DNA of 64,000 nucleotides from an uncultured Desulfobacterales bacterium. Its GTDB lineage: Bacteria > Desulfobacterota > Desulfobacteria > Desulfobacterales > CAJINA01. Shown in pieces: positions 10,405 to 20,088 of this stretch. The position numbers and the translations under genes were made by a program. The notes beneath the pieces are model-generated. The model had not been told where the DNA came from. It saw only the letters and a list, made by a program, of their open reading frames with translations, and ran no database searches. The first letter of the stretch is position 1, and each line of letters opens with the position of its first letter. Location of the stretch: the NCBI GenBank assembly GCA_964636125.1, contig CAZWPX010000016.1:987-64986 (forward strand), read 5' to 3'.

Positions 10405-10622
10405 ATGGCTGGCCATAACTGTGAAAAATGTGCTTTCCGGGAAAATACGACCGCAATCCAAAATCCTTGTTGGGGCGTATCTGGCGGTGGCCTGTCAACT
10501 GGCGCCCGGGTTGGAATGCGTACATGCGGTCTGTCGACAGCGATGAGCGCATCCACCTGGCCAGGAAGTACAACCTGGCCAAATATCAGTCACCAGATTT
10601 GAATGGGGGCCATAATGCCTGA
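10405..10622 (+). pseudogene. Small CxxC/Trp-rich protein split by a one-base frameshift near 10441-10445
   Basis: MAGHNCEKCAFR in one frame continues as KYDRNPKSLLGRIWRW..W.PGWNAYM in the -1 frame; RBS-like gaggaaaggaag upstream. Confidence 0.6.
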
Positions 10623-10635
10623 ATTTAGACTGTCT

Positions 10636-11115
10636 ATGAAAACGGTGTTCGGTAAAAAAGCAATCGCCCTTGTCCTGGTACTGGCAGGGGTGCTGATCTC
10701 CGGTTGTGGGGCCAATTATGGGCGTATGGTACGCAGCCAGGAGATTACGGCCCAATTTGAATCTGTCCAGATTCAACCCTACTACCGCTACTACTACGTG
10801 GGTGGCCAGCACAATGCCCGGGCAATCCTGGGCCTCCACATAGACTACACGTTGAAAACCAGTTCCTGGACCCCTCTGGAACCATTGACTGTTGATACCC
10901 TGAAAAGGAGCCTCAACGGAATGACCAATTATCTCGGTAAACTGCCTGAATTCTATGGCTGGGTGATCCTGGATCCGGCCGGGAAAAAAGTGGGGATCTG
11001 GTATTCACGCTATGACCAGCCGACTGTCAAGTTTGGCGATAACAAAGAGATTTTTGTAAGCCAGCCCCAGTGGAACGATGCCGATGGGGATCGCACGCCC
11101 TTTAAGATCCAGTAA
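10636..11115 (+). CDS. Putative lipoprotein
   Basis: Basic N-terminus, hydrophobic stretch and lipobox LISGC; alternative start at 10615. Confidence 0.75.
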   Translation: MKTVFGKKAIALVLVLAGVLISGCGANYGRMVRSQEITAQFESVQIQPYYRYYYVGGQHNARAILGLHIDYTLKTSSWTPLEPLTVDTLKRSLNGMTNYLGKLPEFYGWVILDPAGKKVGIWYSRYDQPTVKFGDNKEIFVSQPQWNDADGDRTPFKIQ

Positions 11116-11196
11116 CCAGCGCTTTCTATCTCTCTTTTGCGCTTGAGATTGATCTGCCCTGAGGGTTCAGCGTGACGTCAGAGGTGGTTCGGCGCT

Positions 11197-11916
11197 CTAC
11201 TCAGGCAGGCGTTTGGCCAGATTTCGGGCCGCTTCCTCAATGACCGTTTGCAGCGTGATGGCATCTTCATTAACCTGTTCTTCGGACCAGCTCAGTTCAT
11301 TGACCCCCTCCCAGGCGATACTCCCGTCCTGGGCATCCCAGATTTGCAAGAAAAGGCGCAATGTGGCGTGCTTGGTTTCCAGCACGCGCAGACCAAAAAC
11401 GCCGAACCGGCTAGTGGAACCCTGGCTAAATCCGGCCAGTTTCAGCTGGGCCAGGTAACGCGTTCCGGTGACTTCCCCAACTTTCTTGAGCGTGCGGCTG
11501 TCAAAAAGGCCAGTGTCCCTATATTCAGCGAACATGCGCTGATAATTACTTCCCAGGTCTGCCTTATTGATGGCGCTCAAGGTCTCCGGGAGAGAGACGC
11601 ACTTGATGTCCGGCCGGACGGCATGCAAAGTTTTATAAAAGGTAAAGGCGACCGACTGCTTTTCCTCTTCCTGGCCGGTGACCGTGGATGGTGTGATAAA
11701 CGCGATACCTTTGTCTTTCAGGATGTCCCCGGAGAGCGAAAACTGGTGATGGTTGACCTTGGAATACACCTGCGCGTGACCGCAGCCGCTTATTCCGCTG
11801 AGTACGCAGAAGGCGGCGAGCAGCAGTATCGCAAGCTGAAAATTCCCGATTTTACCAGTGCTCCGGCTTTTGGCCGGCTCGACTGTGGCTCGATTTGGTT
11901 GCAGATTAAGTACCAT
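11197..11916 (-). CDS. Putative lipoprotein (CsgG/LpoB-like alpha/beta pattern)
   Basis: Hydrophobic segment ending ISGC; C-terminal LQIWDAQDGSIAWEG strand pattern and terminal helix. Confidence 0.7.
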   Translation of the reverse strand: MVLNLQPNRATVEPAKSRSTGKIGNFQLAILLLAAFCVLSGISGCGHAQVYSKVNHHQFSLSGDILKDKGIAFITPSTVTGQEEEKQSVAFTFYKTLHAVRPDIKCVSLPETLSAINKADLGSNYQRMFAEYRDTGLFDSRTLKKVGEVTGTRYLAQLKLAGFSQGSTSRFGVFGLRVLETKHATLRLFLQIWDAQDGSIAWEGVNELSWSEEQVNEDAITLQTVIEEAARNLAKRLPE

Positions 11917-12070
11917 GATACCCCTTGCCTTTTTAATTTACGCCCATCATAGCGCCCTGTTATCTGAAATCAATGTTTTTATAAGTTTTCCTTGATTTAA
12001 CAGGCCCGTTCCGGGTACATCACCAGTCACGAAATAGACATGTTCCGCGCAGCAGGCAGCGGCAAAAAAC

Positions 12071-12106
12071 AAAGGGGGCTTCAGGCAGTCGGCCTGAAAC
12101 CCCTTA
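12071..12106 (-). terminator. Intrinsic terminator-like hairpin downstream of tRNA-Thr
   Basis: aagggggcttcaggc-agtc-ggcctgaaacccctt with an adjacent A-tract (U-tract on the minus strand). Confidence 0.6.
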
Positions 12107-12114
12107 CTTGTTAC

Positions 12115-12190
12115 TGGAGCCACCGTGCGGAATCGAACCGCAGACCTACGCATTACGAGTGCGTCGCTCTACCAACTGAGCTACGGTGGC
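12115..12190 (-). tRNA. tRNA-Thr(CGT)
   Basis: Reverse complement GCCACCGTAGCTCAGTTGGTAGAGCGACGCACTCGTAATGCGTAGGTCTGCGGTTCGATTCCGCACGGTGGCTCCA folds as a cloverleaf with anticodon CGT and encoded CCA. Confidence 0.97.
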
Positions 12191-12216
12191 TGGTAGGGTG
12201 AGCAATTATAGTATTT

Positions 12217-15200
12217 ATGGCGCAAAATCAAGAGAAATTCTCACTGGCCCAATTGATCGAGAGCCTCCCCCGGCGAAGAAGAGCCATTGCGTGCAGCGGG
12301 CTTTCCGGATCTGAAAAGGCCTGGCTGACGGCCCGGCTGCATGCGGCCGGCCAGTTGCCGCTGTGCCTGGTGACAGCGACGGTAAAAGACGCCGAGCAGG
12401 CTGTTGCCGAGATAGGGTTCTTTCTGGGAAACCGGACCGCGGAGGTGTATCACTTTCCACCCTACAACATTCTGCCCCATCAGCTGCTGGGGTATCACAG
12501 CCAGACGGCGGCCCGGCGTATCCGGACCCTGTTCTCCCTGACTGAAAGCAGGCGACCCTTTTTATTGGTGACTTCTGTGGATGCGCTTTTGCAGAAGCTT
12601 ACCCCTAAAGGCGAATTCCACGGATTTGCCGAACTGGTGATGGCCGGGGAGGATATGGATCGGGATCAGCTGATTGAAAAGTTGATTTCCGGCGGCTATA
12701 CCCACGCTGCGCTGGTGGAAGAACCCGGCGACTTTTGTGTCCGCGGTGGTTTGATTGATCTCTTCTCCCCGCTTTACGATGAGCCCCTGCGACTGGAATG
12801 GTTCGGTGACACCATTGAGGCCATCCGCACCTTCTCACCGGTCAACCAGAGGAAAACGGGAGATTTGTCAGAGGCGGTTATCCTGCCGGCCCGGGAAGTG
12901 CTACTGAAAAAAGAGTCCCTGTCGGCCGTGGTCAACCGTATCCGCAACCAGGCCTCCGAATTGGGCCTGCCGGCCGCGAAATCACGCGAGATTGTTGAGG
13001 CCATTCGTCAGGAAGGGCTTTTCCCGGGGATTGAGGGCCTGCTGCCGTTGATATTCCCAAATCTGGATGGCCTGTTTGACTACCTGCCTCCGGATACGCT
13101 GTATCTTCTGGATGCTCTGCCGCAACTGGCTGTTTCAGCGCTGAAATTTGGCGATCGAGTAGACGCCAATTACCAGGCGGCCATTGCGAAAGAGCGCCTG
13201 TGTGTTCATCCCGAAAGCCTTTACTATGCCTGGGACAGTGTCCAGGCGGAACTTGCGTCAAGCCGCCCTTTATATCTGGATGCCTTCGATGTGCTCGCGC
13301 AGCCCGAAACGGCGCTTCCCGCTGACACCGGGCCTGTGACCTTCCAGTTTACGATTACCGACAATCTGGATTTGAAGCTCGAGATGGACAAGTGGCTGGA
13401 AACCGATAAATTGTTCCAGCCGGTGGTTGACTGGATCGGGAGGGCCATGGAAAGCGGCTGCTCCCCGGTCATTGTATGCCTGACCGAAGCCCAGGCCCGG
13501 CGTGTGGAATCCATGCTGGCCCACTATCATATCAGCGTCCAGTTTGCACCCCAGATACCTGTTCCCGGGAGGGCAACACCCCGGGTTCATGTCTGCATCG
13601 GGCATCTGCAGAAGGGGTTTGTCTGGCCGGCCGAGCGCATGGCCCTGATCACTGCCCGGGAAATTTTTGGCAAGGATAAGCGTCACCGTCGCCAGGTAGC
13701 TAAAAAAACCCCGGCTCCGATGCTCACCTTTGAAGACCTTAAGCAGGATGATCTGGTGGTACATGCCCAGCACGGGATCGGTCGCTACCGGGGGCTGAAA
13801 ACACTCGAATTTGAAAGTGTGACCAATGATTTTCTGCTGATTACCTACCGGGACAATGATCGGCTGTATCTGCCGGTTGAGCGCATGGGGATGATCCAGA
13901 AATACATGGGTGTCGACGGGATTTCAGCGATTCTCGATAAAATGGGCGGAAAAACCTGGGGCCGCATCCGGGGCCGGGTGAAAAAATCGGTGGAAAAAAT
14001 TGCCGGGCAGCTCCTGAAGATCTACGCCGAGCGTAGCGTCCGCAAGGGGCACGCCTTCAGTCGGCCGGACAGCTATTTCGGCGAATTTGAGGCGGCCTTT
14101 TCGTATGAGGAGACTGCAGACCAGGTTCGGGCCATTGATGATGTTATCGCTGACATGAACTCTGAAAACCCCATGGACCGCCTGGTTTGTGGGGATGTCG
14201 GCTACGGCAAAACGGAAGTGGCCCTGAGGGCCTCTTTTATCGCGGTGAATGATGGCAAGCAGGTCGCTTTACTGGTGCCTACCACTGTGCTCGCGCAACA
14301 GCACTATGAGACATTTGTGGAGCGCTTTGCCCGGTACCCGGTCAATGTGGCTTGCCTGAGCCGGTTTCGTACGGCGGCGGAGCAAAAAAAGATCGTGGCC
14401 GGATTGAAAGACGGTCGGATGGACATCGTCATCGGAACCCACCGGCTGTTGCAAAGAGATATCGCCTTTAAGGATCTGGGCCTGATTGTCGTGGATGAAG
14501 AGCAGCGCTTTGGCGTCAAGCACAAGGAGAAACTGAAGCGTTTCAGGCGCGTGGCTGATGTGTTGGCCCTCACGGCGACACCGATACCGCGGACGCTGCA
14601 TATGTCGCTGATGGGAGTCAGGGACATCAGTATTATCTCTACACCGCCGGAGCAACGGCAGCCGATTATGACCTACGTGAGTGAGTATGACGATGCCATT
14701 GCCGCGGACGCGGTGAGAAAGGAGCTTGCCCGGCAGGGGCAGGTCTTTTTCGTGCACAACAATATTGCGACCATTCACGCCATGGCGGATCGGTTGAAAA
14801 AACTGGTTCCAGAGGTAAAACTGGATGTCGCCCACGGCCGGATGGCCATAGATGCCCTCGAACGTGTCATGCTGGCTTTTGCGGATCGGGAGATAGACAT
14901 GCTGGTATGTACCACCATTATCGAGTCCGGACTGGATATCCCCAATGCGAACACCATGCTGGTCAACCGGGCGGACCGGTTCGGACTGGCCCAGATCTAC
15001 CAGCTGCGCGGCCGGGTGGGGCGCAGTGATGAACAGGCCTATGCCTACCTGTTCATTCCGGCGGAGAGCGTCCTGCCCCGGGACGCCCGGAAAAGGCTGA
15101 AAGTGCTGATGGAGCACAGTGATTTGGGGGCGGGGTTCCAGATCGCCATGAGCGACCTCAAAATCCGCGGCGGCGGGTCAATCCTGGGTGCTTCCCAATC

Positions 15201-15741
15201 GGGGCATATCGCCGCTGTGGGGTATGACACGTTTCTCAAACTCATGGCCGAAGCGATGGCTGAACTGAAGGGCGACCCCATCCGGCCGCCCCTTGACCCG
15301 GAGATCAACCTGCCGCTGTCAGCCCATATACCGGAAGCCTATATCCAGGATATTGATCAGCGCCTGACAGCGTATCGGCAGCTGGCAAAGCTCACCACGG
15401 TGCGTGAGATTTCGGATTATAAAGCCGAGCTCGGGGATCGCTTCGGCCCCCTGCCGGGTGATGTTGAAAACCTGCTTTTGAAAATTATGCTCAGGGTCCT
15501 GGCCATTGCCGCCGGGATCAGGCGTCTGGACCTGAAAGGCCGCAGTCTGGCCCTGTGGTTTTCAGACTTGCACCAGAAACGCCCCTTTGCCGTCGTTGAC
15601 ATGGTTGTGGGCGAGCCCGACAAATTTTCGATCAGTCCGGATCATATTTTCAGGGTCAGGCTTGATCAGGGAAGTGTTTTCGGCCAGCTGTCTGAATCTA
15701 AAAACATCTTGAAAGAGATCGCTCGATGTGTTAACGCTTAA
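12217..15741 (+). CDS. mfd: Transcription-repair coupling factor
   Basis: UvrB-like N-terminus, RID (VVHAQHGIGRY), GDVGYGKT, DEEQRFG, TATPIPRT, QLRGRVGR, TRCF C-terminus. Confidence 0.97.
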   Translation: MAQNQEKFSLAQLIESLPRRRRAIACSGLSGSEKAWLTARLHAAGQLPLCLVTATVKDAEQAVAEIGFFLGNRTAEVYHFPPYNILPHQLLGYHSQTAARRIRTLFSLTESRRPFLLVTSVDALLQKLTPKGEFHGFAELVMAGEDMDRDQLIEKLISGGYTHAALVEEPGDFCVRGGLIDLFSPLYDEPLRLEWFGDTIEAIRTFSPVNQRKTGDLSEAVILPAREVLLKKESLSAVVNRIRNQASELGLPAAKSREIVEAIRQEGLFPGIEGLLPLIFPNLDGLFDYLPPDTLYLLDALPQLAVSALKFGDRVDANYQAAIAKERLCVHPESLYYAWDSVQAELASSRPLYLDAFDVLAQPETALPADTGPVTFQFTITDNLDLKLEMDKWLETDKLFQPVVDWIGRAMESGCSPVIVCLTEAQARRVESMLAHYHISVQFAPQIPVPGRATPRVHVCIGHLQKGFVWPAERMALITAREIFGKDKRHRRQVAKKTPAPMLTFEDLKQDDLVVHAQHGIGRYRGLKTLEFESVTNDFLLITYRDNDRLYLPVERMGMIQKYMGVDGISAILDKMGGKTWGRIRGRVKKSVEKIAGQLLKIYAERSVRKGHAFSRPDSYFGEFEAAFSYEETADQVRAIDDVIADMNSENPMDRLVCGDVGYGKTEVALRASFIAVNDGKQVALLVPTTVLAQQHYETFVERFARYPVNVACLSRFRTAAEQKKIVAGLKDGRMDIVIGTHRLLQRDIAFKDLGLIVVDEEQRFGVKHKEKLKRFRRVADVLALTATPIPRTLHMSLMGVRDISIISTPPEQRQPIMTYVSEYDDAIAADAVRKELARQGQVFFVHNNIATIHAMADRLKKLVPEVKLDVAHGRMAIDALERVMLAFADREIDMLVCTTIIESGLDIPNANTMLVNRADRFGLAQIYQLRGRVGRSDEQAYAYLFIPAESVLPRDARKRLKVLMEHSDLGAGFQIAMSDLKIRGGGSILGASQSGHIAAVGYDTFLKLMAEAMAELKGDPIRPPLDPEINLPLSAHIPEAYIQDIDQRLTAYRQLAKLTTVREISDYKAELGDRFGPLPGDVENLLLKIMLRVLAIAAGIRRLDLKGRSLALWFSDLHQKRPFAVVDMVVGEPDKFSISPDHIFRVRLDQGSVFGQLSESKNILKEIARCVNA

Positions 15742-15778
15742 CAGTTTGTTATTTAAAGAGTTTACAGCAGGCGGCACA

Positions 15779-16492
15779 ATGCAACAACCTTTGCACAACT
15801 CATCGATTCTCCGGGTTCTGACGGCCCTTTCAGCCGTTCTTGGATTCCTGTTGCTGGCGGGGTGTCCGGATACGACAACAGCACCGGTCGATACCTACCT
15901 GGTGAAGGTTGGCAGCAGCACCCTGTCGGTTAGCGAATTCAATGAAGTATTTGAGATATCAAAAACTGCATATTCGCACAGTGATATGCTGGACCCCGGG
16001 GTTGTGGCCGATATCAAACAACGCCTTTTGAACCAGATGATTGAGGAGTTGATTCTCATCGAAAAGGCCGGTGAACTTGGGATCTCCATCTCCGATGCAG
16101 AGCTTGACTACGAAGTCCGCAAGATCAAAGCTGATTATCCTGATGACATTTTTGAAGAAATGTTGCTGGAAGTTGCGGTATCATTTGAGGCTTGGAAAAA
16201 GAGACTGAAAACACAGCTTATCGCCCAGCGGTTTATCCAGGCGGAACTGGCCTCAAAAGTTACCATCACATCACAGGAGGTCGCCCGGTATTACGCAGAA
16301 CATTTTCCGGAGGATAGCGAGGGCAATGCGGCTGACCGATCCCGGGCAAAAGACGATGAGATGGTCTTGAGAATGCTGAAGAATCAGAAAGTCCAGACAG
16401 CCTATGCCAACTGGATGGAGGTTAACAGGCAAAGTGTATCGATTGATATCAATGCCCGGCTGTGGGAAGAAATTACCCGGAAAAACTCTTGA
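15779..16492 (+). CDS. SurA N-terminal domain lipoprotein
   Basis: Lipobox LLAGC; LNQMIEELILIEKAGELGISISDAE SurA-N pattern; position after mfd. Confidence 0.8.
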   Translation: MQQPLHNSSILRVLTALSAVLGFLLLAGCPDTTTAPVDTYLVKVGSSTLSVSEFNEVFEISKTAYSHSDMLDPGVVADIKQRLLNQMIEELILIEKAGELGISISDAELDYEVRKIKADYPDDIFEEMLLEVAVSFEAWKKRLKTQLIAQRFIQAELASKVTITSQEVARYYAEHFPEDSEGNAADRSRAKDDEMVLRMLKNQKVQTAYANWMEVNRQSVSIDINARLWEEITRKNS

Positions 16493-16518
16493 TCCCCATA
16501 TGACCATACGAATTACAG

Positions 16519-17550
16519 GTGATGCAAAAAACGATGACTATTAAATGGTTCCTTAAATCCCGGACGGCGGTATTCAGCCTGCTGGTGATCCTGTGCGGTG
16601 GCCTGATACCCTTGAGTGCCGCGGCTTTGGAAGACAAACCCGGCGAACTGGTGGATCGTATTGTCGCGATCGTCAATGATGATATAATCGTACTCTCCGA
16701 ACTCAGTGAAAAGTTGAAACCCTACGCGGAGAGAATATCAAAAATGGGCTATCCGCCAGAGAAAGAAAAGAAGATGCTCTACAAGGTCCGCGAGGACATT
16801 ATCAACACAATGGTGGATCAAAAACTGACGGAGCAGGAAGTTAAAAAATTTGGCATAAAGATCCATGACGAAGAGGTTTTAAGCGCCATTGAAAGGGTCA
16901 AGCAGAAAAATTCACTTACCCAGGAACAGATGCTGGCAGACATGGAACGCCAGGGCATGACCCTGGCGCTTCTCAAAGAAAATATTCGTGATCAGATGCT
17001 CAGGGCAAGGCTCCTGAATGTGGCCGTGAAGTCAAAAATTGTGATCACCAATGAAGACGTCCGGGCTTACTTCGACGCTCATCCGGAGGAATTTCAAGGC
17101 GAAAAGGAAGTCCATCTCAGAAACATTATGACAGACTTGCCCAAATTTGCCTTCCAGGCCGAGATAGATGCCAGTCGCAAGCAGATGCAGCAGGTGCTCG
17201 ACCGGCTGGATTCAGGGGAGCCTTTCAACCTGGTTGCCCGGGAATTGGACCAAGCCAATGAAGGCGCGCTGGTATCCAACGACATCGGCATGTTTAAGCT
17301 CAGCGTCCTTTCGCCAGAGCTGCAGGCTGCCGTCGGAGCGCTTGAGGCCGGCCAGCATACCGGCCTGCTGGATACGGAAAGCGGTTACCAGATCTTTTAT
17401 GTGCATAAGGTGAAAGCGGGTGCCGGCAAAGCGTTTGAGACGGTTTTGCCGGAAATTCAGGAAAAGCTTTTCAATGAGCAGGTGGACAAGCGTTTTGATC
17501 TGTGGTTAAGCGATCTTCGCAAAAAATCACACATCCAGATCGTGCGGTAG
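16519..17550 (+). CDS. surA: SurA-like chaperone / parvulin PPIase
   Basis: VDRIVAIVNDDII, EVHLRNI, GEPFNLVARE, GYQIF parvulin pattern. Confidence 0.85.
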   Translation: MMQKTMTIKWFLKSRTAVFSLLVILCGGLIPLSAAALEDKPGELVDRIVAIVNDDIIVLSELSEKLKPYAERISKMGYPPEKEKKMLYKVREDIINTMVDQKLTEQEVKKFGIKIHDEEVLSAIERVKQKNSLTQEQMLADMERQGMTLALLKENIRDQMLRARLLNVAVKSKIVITNEDVRAYFDAHPEEFQGEKEVHLRNIMTDLPKFAFQAEIDASRKQMQQVLDRLDSGEPFNLVARELDQANEGALVSNDIGMFKLSVLSPELQAAVGALEAGQHTGLLDTESGYQIFYVHKVKAGAGKAFETVLPEIQEKLFNEQVDKRFDLWLSDLRKKSHIQIVR

Positions 17551-17609
17551 TGCCGGCCCGTGAACGGGCCGGCATCCCCTGCCACATACCCTGACGGAAA
17601 ATTTCGATC

Positions 17610-18554
17610 ATGGAAAAAAAGAGATCTGCATCTTTCGGGAAATACCTGAAGACCGTTCGGCTGGAAAAAGGGATCAAATTATCCGAAATCGCCGCCCAAA
17701 CAAAAGTCAGCAAGGTGACCCTTGAATTGATCGAGGCCGAAGATCATCCCAGATTGCCTGCGGAAGTCTTTGTTAAAGGGTTCCTCCGGGCTTATGCAAA
17801 GGTCGTCAGTGCGGATGGGGATGTGGCTGTTGACAGCTATGTAGAAAGCCGGCGTCTGCTGGACGAGAACGCACGTTCCGAGACGGATGAGGCCAGATCC
17901 AGATCTCGTTTCGGGGTGCGTATGTTGCTCTGCGGGGTCATCTTTGCTGCGATCATCGTTGTAGCGGTGTTAACCCTGCAGACAGAGAAACCCGCAGAAA
18001 AACCAACCCCGGCCGTGCCGGCAGAACCTCTGGAGAAACCGGCTGTCAAAGCGCCTGCCGTTGTTGCCCCGGAGGGCGGGGGCGCTGTCAAGAAGACTTC
18101 CGGGACTGTGCCCCTGCCAGCGACGTCGGCTCCCGGTGCGACCCCGGCCGAGCCGGCACCGCCTTTTGAACCAGCGCAGACTGAGAAACCAGAACCACAA
18201 CCAGAACCACAACCAGAGCTCAAACCAGAGCTCAAATCAGAGCCAGCACCGGCGCCCAAACCGATGGGTACAACTCAGGTGCCGGCAGAAACAGCCACCC
18301 CGGAATCGTCCTCATCCCGATTGCAGCAGCAGATCAACATCCAGGCCGTGGATGATACCTGGCTGAAGGTCATTGTGGACGGCCTGAAAACAAATGAGTA
18401 CAGTCTGGCACCCGGAGACCGTCTTGAACTGAAGGCCGAAAAGGGGTTTAACCTGCTCATCGGCAATGCCACCGGGATTCAGCTGTCGTATAATGGGAAA
18501 CCGGTGGCGGTACCGGGGAAAAGCGGTCAGGTGGTAACACTGCAGCTCCCCTGA
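17610..18554 (+). CDS. rodZ: RodZ-like cytoskeletal protein (HTH, TM, Pro-rich linker, DUF4115)
   Basis: GKYLKTVR..IEAEDHPRLP.EVFVKGFLRAYA, one TM helix, C-terminal TWLKVIVDG..IGNATGI. Confidence 0.85.
   Translation: MEKKRSASFGKYLKTVRLEKGIKLSEIAAQTKVSKVTLELIEAEDHPRLPAEVFVKGFLRAYAKVVSADGDVAVDSYVESRRLLDENARSETDEARSRSRFGVRMLLCGVIFAAIIVVAVLTLQTEKPAEKPTPAVPAEPLEKPAVKAPAVVAPEGGGAVKKTSGTVPLPATSAPGATPAEPAPPFEPAQTEKPEPQPEPQPELKPELKSEPAPAPKPMGTTQVPAETATPESSSSRLQQQINIQAVDDTWLKVIVDGLKTNEYSLAPGDRLELKAEKGFNLLIGNATGIQLSYNGKPVAVPGKSGQVVTLQLP
18189..18248 (+). repeat. 12 bp coding tandem repeat in the RodZ linker (PEPQ PEPQ PELK PELK SEPA)
   Basis: ccagaaccacaa x2, ccagagctcaaa x2, tcagagccagca. Confidence 0.85.
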
Positions 18555-18713
18555 TCGACTTGGCCTGCAGCTCCGGTCGGACGGGGCTCTGCCGGTTTTA
18601 AATGGCTCTGCCGGTTCCTTTCCTGCTTTCCATTTGGCGGGGATGCCCGAATCGTCTCTTCGCTGGTGGTTTTACTCACAAGAAAGACTTACATCCTTAC
18701 GAGGACAGGCACA

Positions 18714-20066
18714 ATGATTGGTGATAAGAACAAAGTCTTGTATGAGAGCATCAAGCGGTTGCTGCGCAGAGGTGCGACGGTGCACCTGAAAAAAATCGTC
18801 AACAAGACACATGCTGCCGATCTGGCCATTGTATTCCAATCCCTGCCGCTTTCCCAGCAGCACCAGCTCTTTGCGTTGATGGATGATGTGGAGCAAAAGG
18901 GAATTCTTTTCGGCGAACTGCAAGATGTCGATCTGATGGAATTGATCGACGCGATGCCCATTGACGAAATCGTCGCAATTTTGGAAAGCATGCCCGCCGA
19001 TGACGTGGCTGACCTGGTCGGAAAACTCCCGGAAGAAAAAGCGGATACCATCCTGGAAACGATGCAGGCCGAGGGCTCCGAGGAGGTTGAAGGCTTGCTC
19101 CGGTACGGGGATGAGACAGCCGGCGGGATCATGGTTCCCGATTTTATCGCTTTGCGCGAAGACATCTCTGCCCGGGAGGCGATCGAATCCATCCAGAGGG
19201 ACTATGTGGACGTCGAGATGCCGTTTTATCTATACGTGGTCGACCAATACGGCAAGCTCGTGGGGGTGAGTTCACTGCGGCAACTGGTGGTGGTGGCCGC
19301 GGAGACCGAGTTGAAAGATTTTATGACCACTGATGTGTTCGCGGTCCAGACGGACATGGACCAGGAAGAAGTGGCGAAGATCGTTTCCAATTATGACATC
19401 CTGGCTGTTCCGGTGCTGGATGACAGCAACCGGTTGGTGGGCATCGTCACCGTGGATGATGTTATCGATATTCTGCGTAAAGAGGCTACTGAAGATATAT
19501 TGAAGATGGCCGGGGCCGGCGAAGAGTTTGTGGAGACCCAATCGGTTGTGCGCAGCACCCGGATTCGGCTGCCGTGGCTGTTTGCCAGCTGCGTGGGCGG
19601 AATTCTGGCATTTTTGATTATCGGGCAGTTTGAAGAGAGCCTGAAAGCGATGACGTATCTGGCGGCTTTCATTCCTGTGATCATGGGCATGGGGGGCAAT
19701 ATCGGCACGCAGTCGTCGACGATTGTTGTGCGCGGGCTGGCCACGGGCCGGCTCAGTGTCAGGGATATCTGGTCGGTTGTTTCCAAGGAACTGACCATTG
19801 GCCTGATTTTGGGCGTCGTGTACGGGGTGCTCATCGGGATCGTGGCCCAGGTCAGTTTCGGGACGGGCGCGTTCACTGTTTCGGTGGGGCTCGGGGTGCT
19901 GTCTTCCATGTCTGTAGCGGCCCTGGTCGGGTCCCTGGTGCCGATGGTTTTTGCCAGACTCAACATTGATCCCGCTGTGGCGACCGGTCCTTTTGTAACG
20001 ACTTCTATAGATATTATCAGCGTCTTTTTTTATTTCAAGATCGCTACAACGCTGCTCAGTATTTAA
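18714..20066 (+). CDS. mgtE: Magnesium transporter MgtE
   Basis: N-domain, CBS pair (TAGGIM; GIVTVDD), RLPWL, GGNIGTQS, DPAVATGPFVTT..D. Confidence 0.96.
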   Translation: MIGDKNKVLYESIKRLLRRGATVHLKKIVNKTHAADLAIVFQSLPLSQQHQLFALMDDVEQKGILFGELQDVDLMELIDAMPIDEIVAILESMPADDVADLVGKLPEEKADTILETMQAEGSEEVEGLLRYGDETAGGIMVPDFIALREDISAREAIESIQRDYVDVEMPFYLYVVDQYGKLVGVSSLRQLVVVAAETELKDFMTTDVFAVQTDMDQEEVAKIVSNYDILAVPVLDDSNRLVGIVTVDDVIDILRKEATEDILKMAGAGEEFVETQSVVRSTRIRLPWLFASCVGGILAFLIIGQFEESLKAMTYLAAFIPVIMGMGGNIGTQSSTIVVRGLATGRLSVRDIWSVVSKELTIGLILGVVYGVLIGIVAQVSFGTGAFTVSVGLGVLSSMSVAALVGSLVPMVFARLNIDPAVATGPFVTTSIDIISVFFYFKIATTLLSI

Positions 20067-20088
20067 GCCTCAACGATGAGATAAACAG

